From Balanoglossus misakiensis (taxonomy: Eukaryota; Animalia; Hemichordata): a stretch of DNA of 64,000 nucleotides. Position 1 is the first letter of the stretch. Each line of letters opens with the position of its first letter. Shown here in pieces: positions 10,705-24,013 of the stretch. The position numbers were made by a program, and so were the translations under genes. Under the pieces are notes generated by a model. The model was not told the origin of the DNA. It did no database searches and was given only the letters and a program-made list of their open reading frames with translations. Location of the stretch: assembly GCA_040954595.2 (NCBI GenBank), contig CM082580.2, positions 7,294,390 to 7,358,389 of the forward strand, in the 5' to 3' direction.

Positions 10705-11813
10705 CTACACGTCTGTGTTCCTCATGACTGGTTTTCTCTTAAAGAGTAACTTGGCAGGAGGATTCTGGGAATGAGTCTGGAGGTTGGGATCCATGGGTTG
10801 CCACGGCGACTCTAAGGACATTTCCTGAGCTGGATGAGTTAGTGTGGGGGCCGAATGCTGGCTGACCAACGGCTGCTTTGCATTGGACGCCGGTGACCTC
10901 TGACCCGAACCCTCGAACCCGGCGTCGAATGACCGGCTGGTGCTGATTGGTGGGCCAGCAGCCAATAGGTGAGACCGGTCAGTGTCTGACTGTTCTTGTT
11001 CGGACGGCGGCGACGACAGGTCGTTGAGGCCCTGTTGCTCGATCACCGCGGGCGATCGGACGAGTCGTAGACTGGGCGCTCGCGTGCTCGGCACTGTGTC
11101 CGCGGAGAAGTCTACAGTGGCTGACTTCAGAATACCCTGTGGCCGATCGCGCGCATGCGTCAATGAACTGAGGGTGTCCGCGCCCCGCTGGGCGTGGCCG
11201 GGCGCGGTCGGCCCTGTGGCCCCCGGTATTGCAGTGACCGCGCCGGCGTCTACTCCGCCCGGGTCGGAGCTCTGTCTTTGCAGCTGTTCATAGTGGCCGG
11301 GCTCCAGCAGCGGTTTGGGCCACACCCCGCTGTGCTGTTCCGAGTACGCGGCCTGGGCCTGGGCCTGGTTGGCCGGGTGCGGCCTGGGCCGGAGCCGGGT
11401 GGGCAAACTCGGCCGGGCCTGCTTCATCCTGTATGACAGCAGCGGGGGCGGCGGCGCGTACGTGTTGCTGTGCTGCCGCTTCAACAGGTCGAGTACCGCG
11501 GCGATATCCGAATTCATCTTGGTCTCCAGCCGGTTCAAGTGTTTGTGCAGATCATCCAGGCGCTTCTCGATGTCCGGGTTGGAGACAAAACTGCTGACGT
11601 CCTCCACCACCACGTTGGCCTGGTTGGAATCCTCCTGCACGGAACTGGCGCGCGACACATTGAGGGGTGCCGAGGTGCTCTTGGGTACTGCCGGCTTGGC
11701 AGAGTAGTGCCGGGCTTTCCGCTTGAGCAGTGGTGATGATTCCGGGCTGTGGTGCCTACTTCCGGAGGCGCCGGACACGGCACTAACTATGGCATTCACT
11801 CCAGACAAAGCAT
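10705..11813 (-). CDS. KCNH2: ERG terminal exon (coiled coil, ends RNTDV*)
   Basis: cacag|AT GCT TTG; [34 protein letters not shown] resembles the hERG tetramerising coiled coil. Confidence 0.9.
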
Positions 11814-14800
11814 CTGTGCAAGGACAGATAAAATTAATTTCAAGAATAAAGATCTTACCATAATGCTCCTGAGTCCCTGTGGGCTAACAACACTTTCCTA
11901 ATGCCAGGGTCGAACGATATACAGATAGAATGTTTTATTATGTAAAAGGATAATTATGTAGTGACAGTCATATATCATCAAAGTACCAATCACAAATAGA
12001 AGGTAGACTGAGATAGATACAAAAGACAGACAGACAGACATACAGGAAGACACCCGAGGGATACATCTCGAATGAACACCTGCTCTCAGAGCTATCTCTT
12101 AATACATAACACAAACATGTACATGTATAGCAATCACAAGTGTTAAAAAACGTAAATAGAGTGAATGTTACTCTGTCAACACTCTGTAAAAAATGAACCC
12201 TTGTATCCTTGGCTCTTGGTTCAGAACTGCTGGTGAATTTTAAGAGTTGTTGATCATACTGAAGAGTGGCTTTCATTGGTCCAAAGTTTGTTGCCCTTCT
12301 ACAGTGCGCCCTCTATTGACCACCCAGTCTGAGCGTGTGACAATCTCACATTTTTAACTTTCAGTTGTTTGGTGGCATCTGTTCGATAGTCATCATTTAC
12401 ACACACTTATGACCTCTGTATGACCTTTTCTATGCCACTTGTACGACAGAGATCACCCAAAATGATATTTATCGTTCAAGTTTTCACGAATGAGAGCCCA
12501 AGAGCCAAGATATAGAAGTTCACCATCAAAAATAAAAAGCAAAAAATAAATAAAAAAACAGTGTTAGTAATTTCATTCAAACTACATTTGAAGGCTCAGC
12601 ACCAGGTAGCGATTCCATGCAGCGTAAAACTTTAATCATTTTGATATTAGATCTAAAAATTGAAAGAAAGTAATCTAATACAAACCAGTGACTCCAGTGC
12701 GGTTAGATTTTTGGACGAGTTCAGCTCTGAAAACACAGCGGTCTTGAAGAGCCAACTCAGCTAGGGGGGATCAGTCAAACACAACGCCCGGGCCAGAAAT
12801 CAGTGCCACCTAGCTTTGTGGTTTTAGTCATGCAATGGTGAAGGGGTGGGGGTGGGGGTGGGGATGATGGTGTGGTGTATTGCAGTGCATGGTGGGCATA
12901 TCATTACAAGTCTAGCTGTGGTTTGCGAGTTGCATTTTGATTAGAATGACGTACGTGCAAGGCCTTATTAGAAAATGTTGAAAGTGACACCAGAACAGAC
13001 GTGCACACACAAAACACACGCGCGCACATACATTAGGGTTAAAAAGACAATTCTGCCATCTTGGGCTATTTTTGTCCCACACATTAAACTGCTAATAAAA
13101 GAAGGCATGCATCACTGCATGACAAGTTGACGTGTTTTCAATGCAAATTTAATTACAAGCGATGGGAGCGGATGGACAGGCTACAGGCAACGACATGACT
13201 GCATGACTGTGTAGTACCGGTACATAATATTACAAAATGCATGAACGTTTTGCATGGATCATAGTCTCTGCCATGGGTTGTATGCATGTGCAGATTGAAG
13301 ATAAGAAAAAAACTGATGCAGCAAGTTACGCCTTAATGAAAAAAGCATAGATGAAATGGCCAAAGTGATACAAGATGCATGTGTATAATGCATGTTGATG
13401 ACAAAACTGATTTTTTAAAGATGATAGCCTTTGTGTAGATTTCTGGCCTGGTCATGTGACTGCTAGTAATCATGCAGCATTTTATGAAACAATACAGCGA
13501 CTGCTTCTTGATGGCTGTAGGTAATTTTTCTTTTTTTCTCGTTTTACTTTTTTTTTAACACAGCTGCTAGGAAGCATATGGCAAAGTCCTTCTTACCATC
13601 CAGGTGTGATTTCATTGCATAGCTACCTGCTATGGCTTGAAAAGCACCCGACTTATGCTTGTCACGCGCTTCGTGGTGGTGAAGCTGGTTGTGCAAGGGC
13701 CGGCTAATCTCCGGCGCCGGAGTCACGTCGCGGCCGGCCATCTCCGGGGAGAACTCCAGGATCCCCGTCCCGCTCTCCTGCTCCTCGCTGGAATCCAGAG
13801 CCAGGCTCCGGTTGGCCTCGCTGTTCATTCGCCGCATGGGTTTCGTCTTTCTCCCTCTTTTCTCTTGAGGAACAAAATTTTAACATTTCATTCAAAACTG
13901 AACGTGGACACTCACTGCATAAATGGTACAATTGCGAAAGACACGTACAGTTCTGGCATAGAAGAAATCATCTGGTAACATAAAAGTTAATGGATTGATT
14001 GAACTTTCTTTTAACTTTCTCATTTTCCTTTTTTTCAAAAACATGCAGCATCACTTCATTGCTCAAAGAAACATTTCACAAATAATGACCAGACCACATT
14101 GCCATCACATCACACTATTTGCTGCATATAAACATTTCACCACTTTTCCAGAAACATACCTCTCCTATATATTGATCGCCTTGGTTTCCGTTTCCTACCA
14201 GAATAATTGTACTCATCTTCTGAGTCGCTAACTATAACAGTTGCCAGGTCCTCCTGTCATGGAAAGCAAAACGTTCGACCATGAATATTCATATTTGCAT
14301 ATTTTTGCATATAGTCACGTGATAAACATGGCAGTTGAACAGCTTCGACACATTTGTGGCTTTGCATTTCAAAAACAGCTTAGCTTTTTCATCATACCAT
14401 GTCATAAAATCACCAGGTCTACAAGATAGGAAAAAATTGGTTCATCTTGAATTGCTAAATATTGCATGTTGTTGCTCTAAGTGTTAGGAATAAGTAGGCA
14501 TACCCTTCAAGCATACTACACCATTCATTCTAAATTTTTTCTTAAAGATTCATCTATTTCACAATAGATGGATAAAATTGAGAAACTATCTGCGAATACT
14601 TACATCTCGTATATCAAATGTAACTTCTAAGTTTCCTTTGAAATGATCTGAAAACTCGGGGTACATATCAAGTACTTCAAACAAATCGTCCCGTAAGATT
14701 TTATGTAAATCACAATAAGTTAATGCTCGAACATTGCACTTGGATTTGCCTACAGTGTCATATTTGCAGAAATTTTCACCAAACACATCATCTTTGCCTG

Positions 14801-14904
14801 TTGAGAAAGAGAAAAATAAGACGTGGGATGTCAATGAAGTTTATCTTTGTAGGCTTGTTCCATGTAAATAATTCAATGTTTTTTTATAAAATCATCATCA
14901 TCAG

Positions 14905-14936
<32 letters not shown>

Positions 14937-17900
14937 GCAACGAATATTTCGGAATGTTGCCTAAAACATGTTGCTTGCCATTGGAAATCCATACCTCTTA
15001 CGTGTTCACTACATTACATTACATCATGCTACGTGCTTTGGACAAAATGTTGAAAGTAGTTCATCTAGGTACCAATACACACACACACACACACACATAT
15101 GTAACGTAATACATACCTAGTATTGCCATGACAATGTCATCTTTCAGAATCTCTATAGATCCCCTGGATATGAAATAAATAGCTGTGAGGACATCCCCTT
15201 TGTGCACCAAGGTGTCACCCGGGGGAGCGTGGGTGGTTTTGAATTTCATGGAGAGAGCTCGGAGACAGCCCGGACTTGCACTTTTAAAAGCGTGGCAGTT
15301 GTTGAGGAGATTCCGGTTGAGATGTAGACAGATGTCCGCCTGGAGACACTCCGGAAAACCTTTCAGCACCTGCGTTTCAATAAAAGATACATTTTTAGTC
15401 TTTCGGCCGATTGGGGTTGGGGGATCGGGGGGAATGATCATCTTGGGTATTTCCGAAATGCCTGTGAGAAGGAACTGGACTGGACTGGAATGTCACAGTG
15501 TATGGGAATGCAGGCTTAGATCAGCCTTGCGTGTCTGTTGATGTGTGGCGGCCAGGAGTGGCAACACTAGTCAGATTACAGGTAAATGAAAGCTTGAATC
15601 TAAAACAAAGATGATGGTGCCACATCTCTTGAAAGAATTATTTTTTTCTCGTTCAGTTATACTGCCGAAACACACAAATGTGAAAAAATAAACTGGTGAA
15701 CTTGGGCATGAGAGCAAAATTATTAAAAGATACACAACTCATCAGAATATCACAGAAAAAAATCAAACATTCTGGATATTTAACAGAACCACTTAAAATC
15801 AGGGAAGCCTGGCTCATCACTTCCCTGACAGCTGTCACAGGAAAAAAAGTAATATTTCTGTATTCAGCCCCAAAATACCTGTGGCATTGCTAACGGTAAC
15901 ATTCTACATCTGAGATTAAAATCAATAAGATAACAGGTCAAGCGAGGTCATCTTAGATTTCAGTAACACACTGCCGCGCGCACTCTCAGCAAATTATAAA
16001 ATCCTTGAGCGATGTGCGGGATAAATAAGCGCGGGGAGTGCTTCACAACTGCCATCCCTCCCGGGAGCTTTTTCAATTTGGGATGTAATCTCTTCTGCGT
16101 TATGTAACGTTAATGCGTTCTCACAGTCACAGGAGGAAAGTGTGTTGCTATCTAGGCCATCTGACTTTATCAGTATGTGGTCAGATTAGTGTCAAGAGTT
16201 TCTGTGATTGCTGCAGACATACACGTGCATAGCCTTGCATTTATATAACTCTTGCCTGCAGCAGGGAGTTTTACCTACTGTATAACGTTTTCAGGTAAAT
16301 TGCTGTTACACACTGCCATACAGGGAGTCTTGCGTTCTGCTGAATATTGCTTTAGTTTGTGCTGATAGTGGTTCACCCCAAGAATCTACCTATGATGGCT
16401 TTTGGGAAAAGGGGATTAAAGGGACAAAGCTGCTAACTTCAAAATTATCCTGTCACCTTTCTTGCTTTGTCCCCCCCCCCCCAAAAAAAAATGTAACGAA
16501 CAAGATTTTCTTCATTACATTGCAAGCAATATAATCAGGAATTTTCATAATTGCTCAGGAAAAGTTACATCATTGGCAATGAATAGCTATTGTGTGCACA
16601 ATGTTCATGGAAAATATGGATTTAGTTCATCGGATATCAGTTGACACAAATGATAACAGGAAGACACTTGGCGAATACCGAGTAGAAATAATCTGAACTC
16701 ATTCAAATTGTTAATTGCAAATATCGATCATGCATTGTTTGAAATTTTCAATATCCTGCACGACATTTTCCACTGGAAAAACAAGTGGGTTGGACTTCGA
16801 TTTCAGGTCTTACTTCCTGCCAACGACGCAAAACAATGACTGATTTGATTTGCAAACTGCAAATGACCACTTTTTTATCGCTTAGTCATTTTCCTACGTA
16901 ATTTCTGTGCGTAAATGACAAAGTAAACATGCTGTTTCTGAACACAGATAATAATTAAGCACATTGATGAGTAACGGTATATTTCTTTTAAATTCTAACT
17001 TGCAAAAAAATTTGACATTCGTGTGGGGGACTATTAAGGGTACAAGAAAGTACACCCTTGGCATTTCTTCCATTTATTTTTATAGACACACTGAATTTTA
17101 CCCATTGGCAGATTACTTGAACTCTGACCTTTGACCTGGCATGGTGCAATATTGTTACTGAAAGAAACGCATTAGACATAACCTTGGCACTGAACGTACT
17201 GAACGCTGAATGAACATGTTTAATTTAAACGTCGATAAATCGCACACACTCTCCAGTAGAATGTTATCAGCCGATAGGAAATCGGCGCCAAGACTTACCA
17301 TGTTCATATCTATACCATTAGTGTAGGACCACGCGTGCTGGAAGTATTCCTCCAATCTCTGCCTCAAAGGGTTGGGAATCTGATGGAACCGAATGAATTC
17401 CTTGACACGTAACATCTGTGTATGATATCTGGCAGTGCCTGAGTAGAGACGTTGTATGATTGCCGATACGTTACCGAAGATACTGGCGTACATGAGTGCT
17501 GCGACGGAGAGATTGCGGAGAGAGAGAGAAAGATGTTTTGTCAGTGTGTAGTAGTATAGATTAAAGTTAACACAGCTGTGCACGTGTGAACGAGAAACGA
17601 CAAAAATATCTCCTGAATATTGCCAGAATTGACGGCAGTATTGCATCATGATCTGTATTTGTAGAATCTTCTCAAAATTTCATCAAACCCATCTCATTAC
17701 TTTCCAGCACGTGAATTCGAATGCAACTATAACTGTGCAGGTAATATTGCTCAAGCAATTCATTTTCCCCAGCACACACAACTTCCAGACTGAAGTCTGG
17801 CTGTGGATGTCGTACTTTCATTTGAAGTCTCAAAGCTGGCTGATTGCAGTCCCTCCAAATTACTAACGGAAAAAAAAAAATCTTGTTCAATCACCGCAAT

Positions 17901-20900
17901 GCCCCTTGTTCAATAGCTCTTAATTTATCTAACCCATCAATGTAATTCAAGGGACGCTGTCACTCCACCTAGATGTCGTAAATGGGGGTGCCAATTCAAA
18001 AAAGTATATCAGGCTATTGTCAGGCGGCAAATGCATCTAAAGGCAATTCCACACGTTTTTAGAGTCACATTGTTAACTGCATACATGTTGACTTTTGAGG
18101 AACACGAATGAAAAAAATCCAAGTGCCGACTTCTCAGTTTACAGATCACATTACACTTTCACTCGCAATTTACCAGAGCCAGGTTGCGAACACTTTCAAT
18201 GCAGCATAAACGAAATTAAACGTAAACAGACCTTGGATTTCTTTTAAACAAAAAAGTCTGATATACGCAGTGCATTAGTTAATTTGATTGAAAACTCTCA
18301 AGTTTAAAAGCATTGCGTGTCAAAGCCGAAACGGCAACTGTCACTCGGGTCTTGTATGATTGTCTGTTTGCTCGTAAGACATAATGCATAAAAGAAACCG
18401 TCAAATTTTACTGGGCATGTCAGACTCGCAACATCTAATGACATCTGTACAACCCAACACGTGATATGTCTTCTGGATTTTACATGACCTCATTTGATAT
18501 ATTCACCGTGTCTCACATCTCAATCCTTCAAAATGACTAACAGTGATGATACCTCACATTCCTACACAGAGTGGATTCACACATTTCAAAATATATGATG
18601 CAAACACTGGCTTGACATCATTCTTGTTTACCAGAAGTTCATGAAAATCATTTATCAGTTCCTGTAAGTCTTCATATTGAGTTTCTAAGGAAGCGTTCTG
18701 TATTGAGTTTCTAAGTAACATGTACGTTGTATTGATTTTGAACAATCTGTGCCAACTACACTAAATACTCAAGTTTTATGATATCAGCTCCTTTGGTTAT
18801 TCACATGCATAATGCACTGGACAAACTGCATGTGACACTAAAATCTCAGGTACAGAATCCAAGTCCATACAATGTGACCATATTCGTGTAAAACCTATTA
18901 CTGTAACAACATTTTATTGTAAACTTTGAGGAATAAAAAGGTGTCGGCCTTGAAATCAAAGCAAATGATCACTGAATAAAACAAAATTATGCTTATGGAA
19001 GTGGCATCCAGCCAAAAATTGAATGTTTCAGTCAGACTGTGCATATACACAACAACACGTCGGCCATATTGGACAGCATGCTTCCTGTGAAATTATCAAT
19101 TTTTACACGGCAGAACGGCATAGTTTTAATTTTCTTGTTCAAGTTTCACAAACAACATTTTTCACCATTGAAACAAGCAGGAAATGATGTATGAATTCAA
19201 ACAACATGATGTGAACATAACATATTACAGTGTTTCTATGGCAACAACGATGCCGAGGCTCTGCAACCAATCACATAATTATGCATAGATTTACCAATTT
19301 CCTGACTTCAAAATGAAGCATATCCGGGTTGTTTCCTTGAGGAACCTCGCTCTACAACTGAGTGTGTCTCATCAACCACCCTGTTAATAAACATACACTC
19401 ACATCTTCACAGAAACGGGTGCATATTCGATTAATTCTGCGCCCATGATTTAGCAAAACCAATTTCGGCCGGTAAATACTTACATCCTATGAGCATGACG
19501 CAGATGGAGAAGATCTTCTCAGAGTTGGTGTTGGGCGAGACGTTTCCGAATCCGACACTGGTTAGACTGCTAAAAGTGAAATACAACGCGGTGATGTATT
19601 TGGATTTTAACGACGGTCCACTGTTCGTCGAGTTATCGTAATAAGGCTGGTGAGTCTGTGAGGCAAGGTGGTCCAGCCAGCCGATTTTGTGTTTCAACAT
19701 GGGCCGTTCCACGTTTCCTATGGCGTACCAAATACACGCTAGCCAATGGGCTATCAAGGCAAAAGTACACATGAGCAGCAAGAGAACGGCCGCTCCGTAC
19801 TCGGAGTACCTGTCCAGTTTCCTCGCTACTCGGACAAGGCGGAGCAGACGGGCAGTTTTGAGTAGTCCAATAAGCGTGGCAGTCTGCAAGGAAGATGGAA
19901 ATTTGCAGAAATTTGCATGAGTAAAAAAAGTAAGGCACTAGTCATGGCGATTGAAGTTGAGGATAAGACAACATGCTTTGTATAAAACACAAACAAAAAA
20001 TCTCAAGTCTCAAAGTCCCATACCCACGTCACAAAGTTTATTTCATCTACAGCTAGCAGGAAAGTCTGACACATTTCAAGAACATGTGACTGTTATATCT
20101 GTCTCAGTAAGAATAAAGAGAGAGGCAGATCTATACTAGTGTGGTGCATCCCTTGGGTAAATTTTGATCACAAGTTTCATTCAGATGTAAATTTTTTCAA
20201 TTTCAGTCCTTCTCTCTTTTTTATCACCTTCCACAAATGTCACAGGTGAACGCGAACATGATAGAGGCACCGGGCGCTGCGACTGTGATATGCGTTTTCT
20301 GCAATCACTCAGGCAATGAGGAGAGGGCACTCCGTGTCAATGAAAATACAAGCTGAACATAAACGGTGTGTCGGGGAGGTCGCCCGGTGACTTTGCGGTT
20401 TGCATACGGGATCAATGGGAACGACCACATATGAATGCTGGGGATGTTCGCAACTTTTGTAAACAGCGTTTCAAAATGTTGACAATTGCTGCAACGGATC
20501 ACAGCAACTGACGCGCAAAAATCAGAACGAGAAAAATTGCGCTTTTGTGTGAGCTGTTAAAAAAGTACGCCTTATGAAGCCAATTAGAATTCTCGCAGAG
20601 CATGCAAAACATGTTTTCGAGTGCGGTGTGTAACCTGCAAAAGATTCGAACAACTAAGCTCATCAGGTACAAACGAACACATTGCGAACACTACTAGAAT
20701 ACAATTTATTAGCTATATATAGACAGCATAAAGCCAAGCTTAACCTTTAGGTAATATTTCTTTTCAATGAAAAACCTAAAATAATCATGCTTTTCTCAAA
20801 TATCATGGTCTCAAAGGGGAGTTCGTATCAACTACATATAAATCCATTCCACCAAAGCCTCTGTTGTCCAAACAAATGCATTAGTTTCACATGCAAAAGA

Positions 20901-23900
20901 CACTTCTGCTCAGTAATATATAATTTCACTCGTCCTTTTTCAGAAAGAAAGTTTACCCGAGAAAAATGAAGTGCACGCAGATTAAGTTTTTCAAGCAATA
21001 AATATATGTACCCACCTCATCTGTTTCTGTTCCAAACAACAACAAATCAAACGGAATAGCCGCGACAACATCTATCAAGAACCATCCCTTAAAGTAATGC
21101 ACAGCTATTTTTCCGGGGTGCGACACAACCTCGTCGTTCTTATTCACATAGGTCGTCCGAAAATTAATCAAGATGTCGATGATGAACATTACATCCACAA
21201 TCAGATCGATGATCACAAGGGGATCGCCGTAGCGATTGGACGCGCCGTAGTTCACCCTGGTGGCCGGGTCCTTGTTCAACTTTGTCCTTTTCTCGTCCTC
21301 GTTCAGCAAGAACGCGGCGACGTACGGTGTAAATATGGCAGTATAAATGACGAGCAAGAGAATGATCCAGTCCCAGACGGCCTTGAAGGGGGAGTAGTGC
21401 AGGATTGTCAGTCTGTGGATCCGGGGCTGCTGCAGCTTGTACTCTGGTAGAACGTCAGCACCGAGAGACAGGACCTGCAACAGATGGAAACAGCGGTCAC
21501 GGATGGGTAAATTTCAAATGTCCTCCTTCGGATCAAGAGGATTTAGTGAGTCAAATGTTTTCTGCTCCCACTGCACTGGAGGAGGGAATGTAGTCATCCT
21601 GTGAGTGTCAAGTCAAACTGAAAGAAAGTAGTTGTCCGAGACAAAATCACAGCTTCCATTTTGTTAACAACAATTGCTCCTTGTCCAATGAGCACTTAAT
21701 ATCTGGTAGGCGTCACACATGAATATAACGTTAAGTCTCACACAAAAGTAAAAATCATTAAGGTTTATTTCAAACAATGTTTTAGTTTTAAAGTATATTG
21801 GCAGATCATTCACAGATAATGGTTCCATCTTGACCACAACATTTCACAAAAGCGGTGTTTAGAAGTTCACCATCGCCCTTATTGGGGCAACCTTCGAAAC
21901 ATTTTATCCAGGGATTATACCAGACCTTTTCACGTGAATTAATAGGAGATGATTTATACAACTCTTCTCTTAATCTGAATGCTAAGCTTGTAGCTCTTTG
22001 AACATAAAAAAGACAAAAGGTCTGGGCCTTAGAGATAATTACAATAAACAGTCAAAAATATTGCCCTCCTTTTATCACATATACATGTAAACGCCAAACC
22101 CGTTCATACAGTACTGCATAGCATGGTCAAGTGGTATCATCAATAAATACACTTGAGACGAGTCACAATGAAGTTTAGTAAAGTGGTAATTGACAAGTCT
22201 CACCACGGGATGAATTTAATTCGTTACTCAGTCGGTTAACGTTACCGTGCCCTTGGAGATAAATTTGAACTAGTATCAATTAAGCAATAGGAAACTGCCA
22301 TTCACAATCACATTAACTCTATTGCATTTAAGTCCCAAATGGAAATGTCACGGATGATGTCAGTGGAATTCTGAGATTATCCCCCGAAGGTCTGACAAAA
22401 CAGAGAGGATTTTTGTATTCGGTGGTGTGAGTTCGAGATTTGACTGTTTTTTTTTTTTTGCAGAATTCAAAGTCTTCAGGAAGAGTAATAAATGTTAAAT
22501 GGACAGAAGAAATTTTTATCCTAATGTGCACACACACGCCTACACAAGTGGATCTGGGATGTCACAAAGAATCGCCATGACGATGTTATGCTGCTCGGAT
22601 GACACAGAGTCAGGATTAGTTACTATGGCAACAAAGAACATCAATAAATACAGCATTAAGATGCGCTGTATAATGGCACTTTGAGTTTTACTATATGTCA
22701 GCACATTTTGTATTGCTTGGAATTAGTGTTCCAATATGAATCTCAGAGTGGACGAGGAAAGATATTTTAAGTTGTTATGAACTTTCTCTCAATTCTTGTT
22801 GGAGTATTAACAGAGATGCACCATTTAAAATCTAGTGGATTATTCCAATATGCTTTATACTTGTTTTTAAGATTCTAGGGTACCTGATGTCATATCAAGC
22901 AAACGTTACATTTATGATAATATTGATTTTTACAGTGGAATACACCATGCGCTCACTCTAAATTCCTGTACTTTTCCAGGTTATTTGAATTAATTGAATT
23001 CATTATATTGCACTGTAATTATTGTTCTTTCGCAGGAAATATTTGCCTGTTCACAAGAAATATTACAATAGTTATTGCTTAAAATTGCAATTTAAAAAGA
23101 AATATTTTTTTGCGTAATTATTACTATTACTATGAGAAAACAATTTTCTGGGTGCCAACTGATTTTCATTTTTTGATTTGTCAAGAGAACAATTCACCTC
23201 TTTTACACATCACAATTCCAACTGCGCATTTGATGAGCTTTTGATTTAGGGTTTTTCGACGACTGCTGAATTCCTCTTAATGAACTTGCATTCAGAGTGT
23301 TTTTACGCATACATGAATAAATTCGCCCATCAGCGACTGACAAAGAGAGGTCACATCAAGCGACGTAGCGAGCCGGGCATGCTGTTGCCACGATTTTCAA
23401 TTAACTGCGTCTGGTAAATGAGTATCTTCGACAGGGGCACAAAACCCCGCTGCATTATTCATGGAGACGTCGATCGTCGCTCGGTATAGAAACAAACCTA
23501 GCTGCCTCGCGCGTCCTTCGAAGGTACCCCCAGTCAGGAACGGTAAAGCCTGATCTGACCGCTTGCCGGGTGTGTGTTAATTGACGCAGTACTCTGGCGT
23601 AGAAGTCCGCAAATGAGTTCATTGTTCTAATCGCCTTGACAGTGCCACACACACTCAAAGGTGTATATATGCATGCTGCACCATCGCAAGTATCGACAAC
23701 TAGCATTTGATTGTGATCGCGGCTATTCGTTACTAAATATAGCAGCATGTCAGACGTGAGCTTTGTATATTCTGACACACTATCCGTACTCATCGACTAT
23801 TTGGAGCCATTCGAATCGACTGTGGCTTTCTTGCCACTGTACTATCAGGAGAGTTATTGAGCATAGTGTCTTATCAGTAGCTGTGACATTGCACACGGCT

Positions 23901-23965
23901 ATCATTAAACTTAATTGCATCATTAATAAATTAGTATCATGAATGGAATTTATTTTCAAGGACAC

Positions 23966-24013
<48 letters not shown>

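Noticed and set aside
10982-11783. Several overlapping ORFs on both strands
   Set aside because: Shadows of the GC-rich ERG terminal exon
15061-15116. hERG-USO-like intron read-through ([11 protein letters not shown]...stop)
   Set aside because: Donor is good, the tail derives from a CA repeat, and I found no AATAAA on - in this intron
18554-18745. Protein-like 63-aa ORF with a 15-bp direct repeat
   Set aside because: No ATG start, splice support or recognisable family
23191-23310. AG|gtgaat donor with upstream ATG as another first exon
   Set aside because: The phase-0 frame has a stop five codons upstream and no ATG
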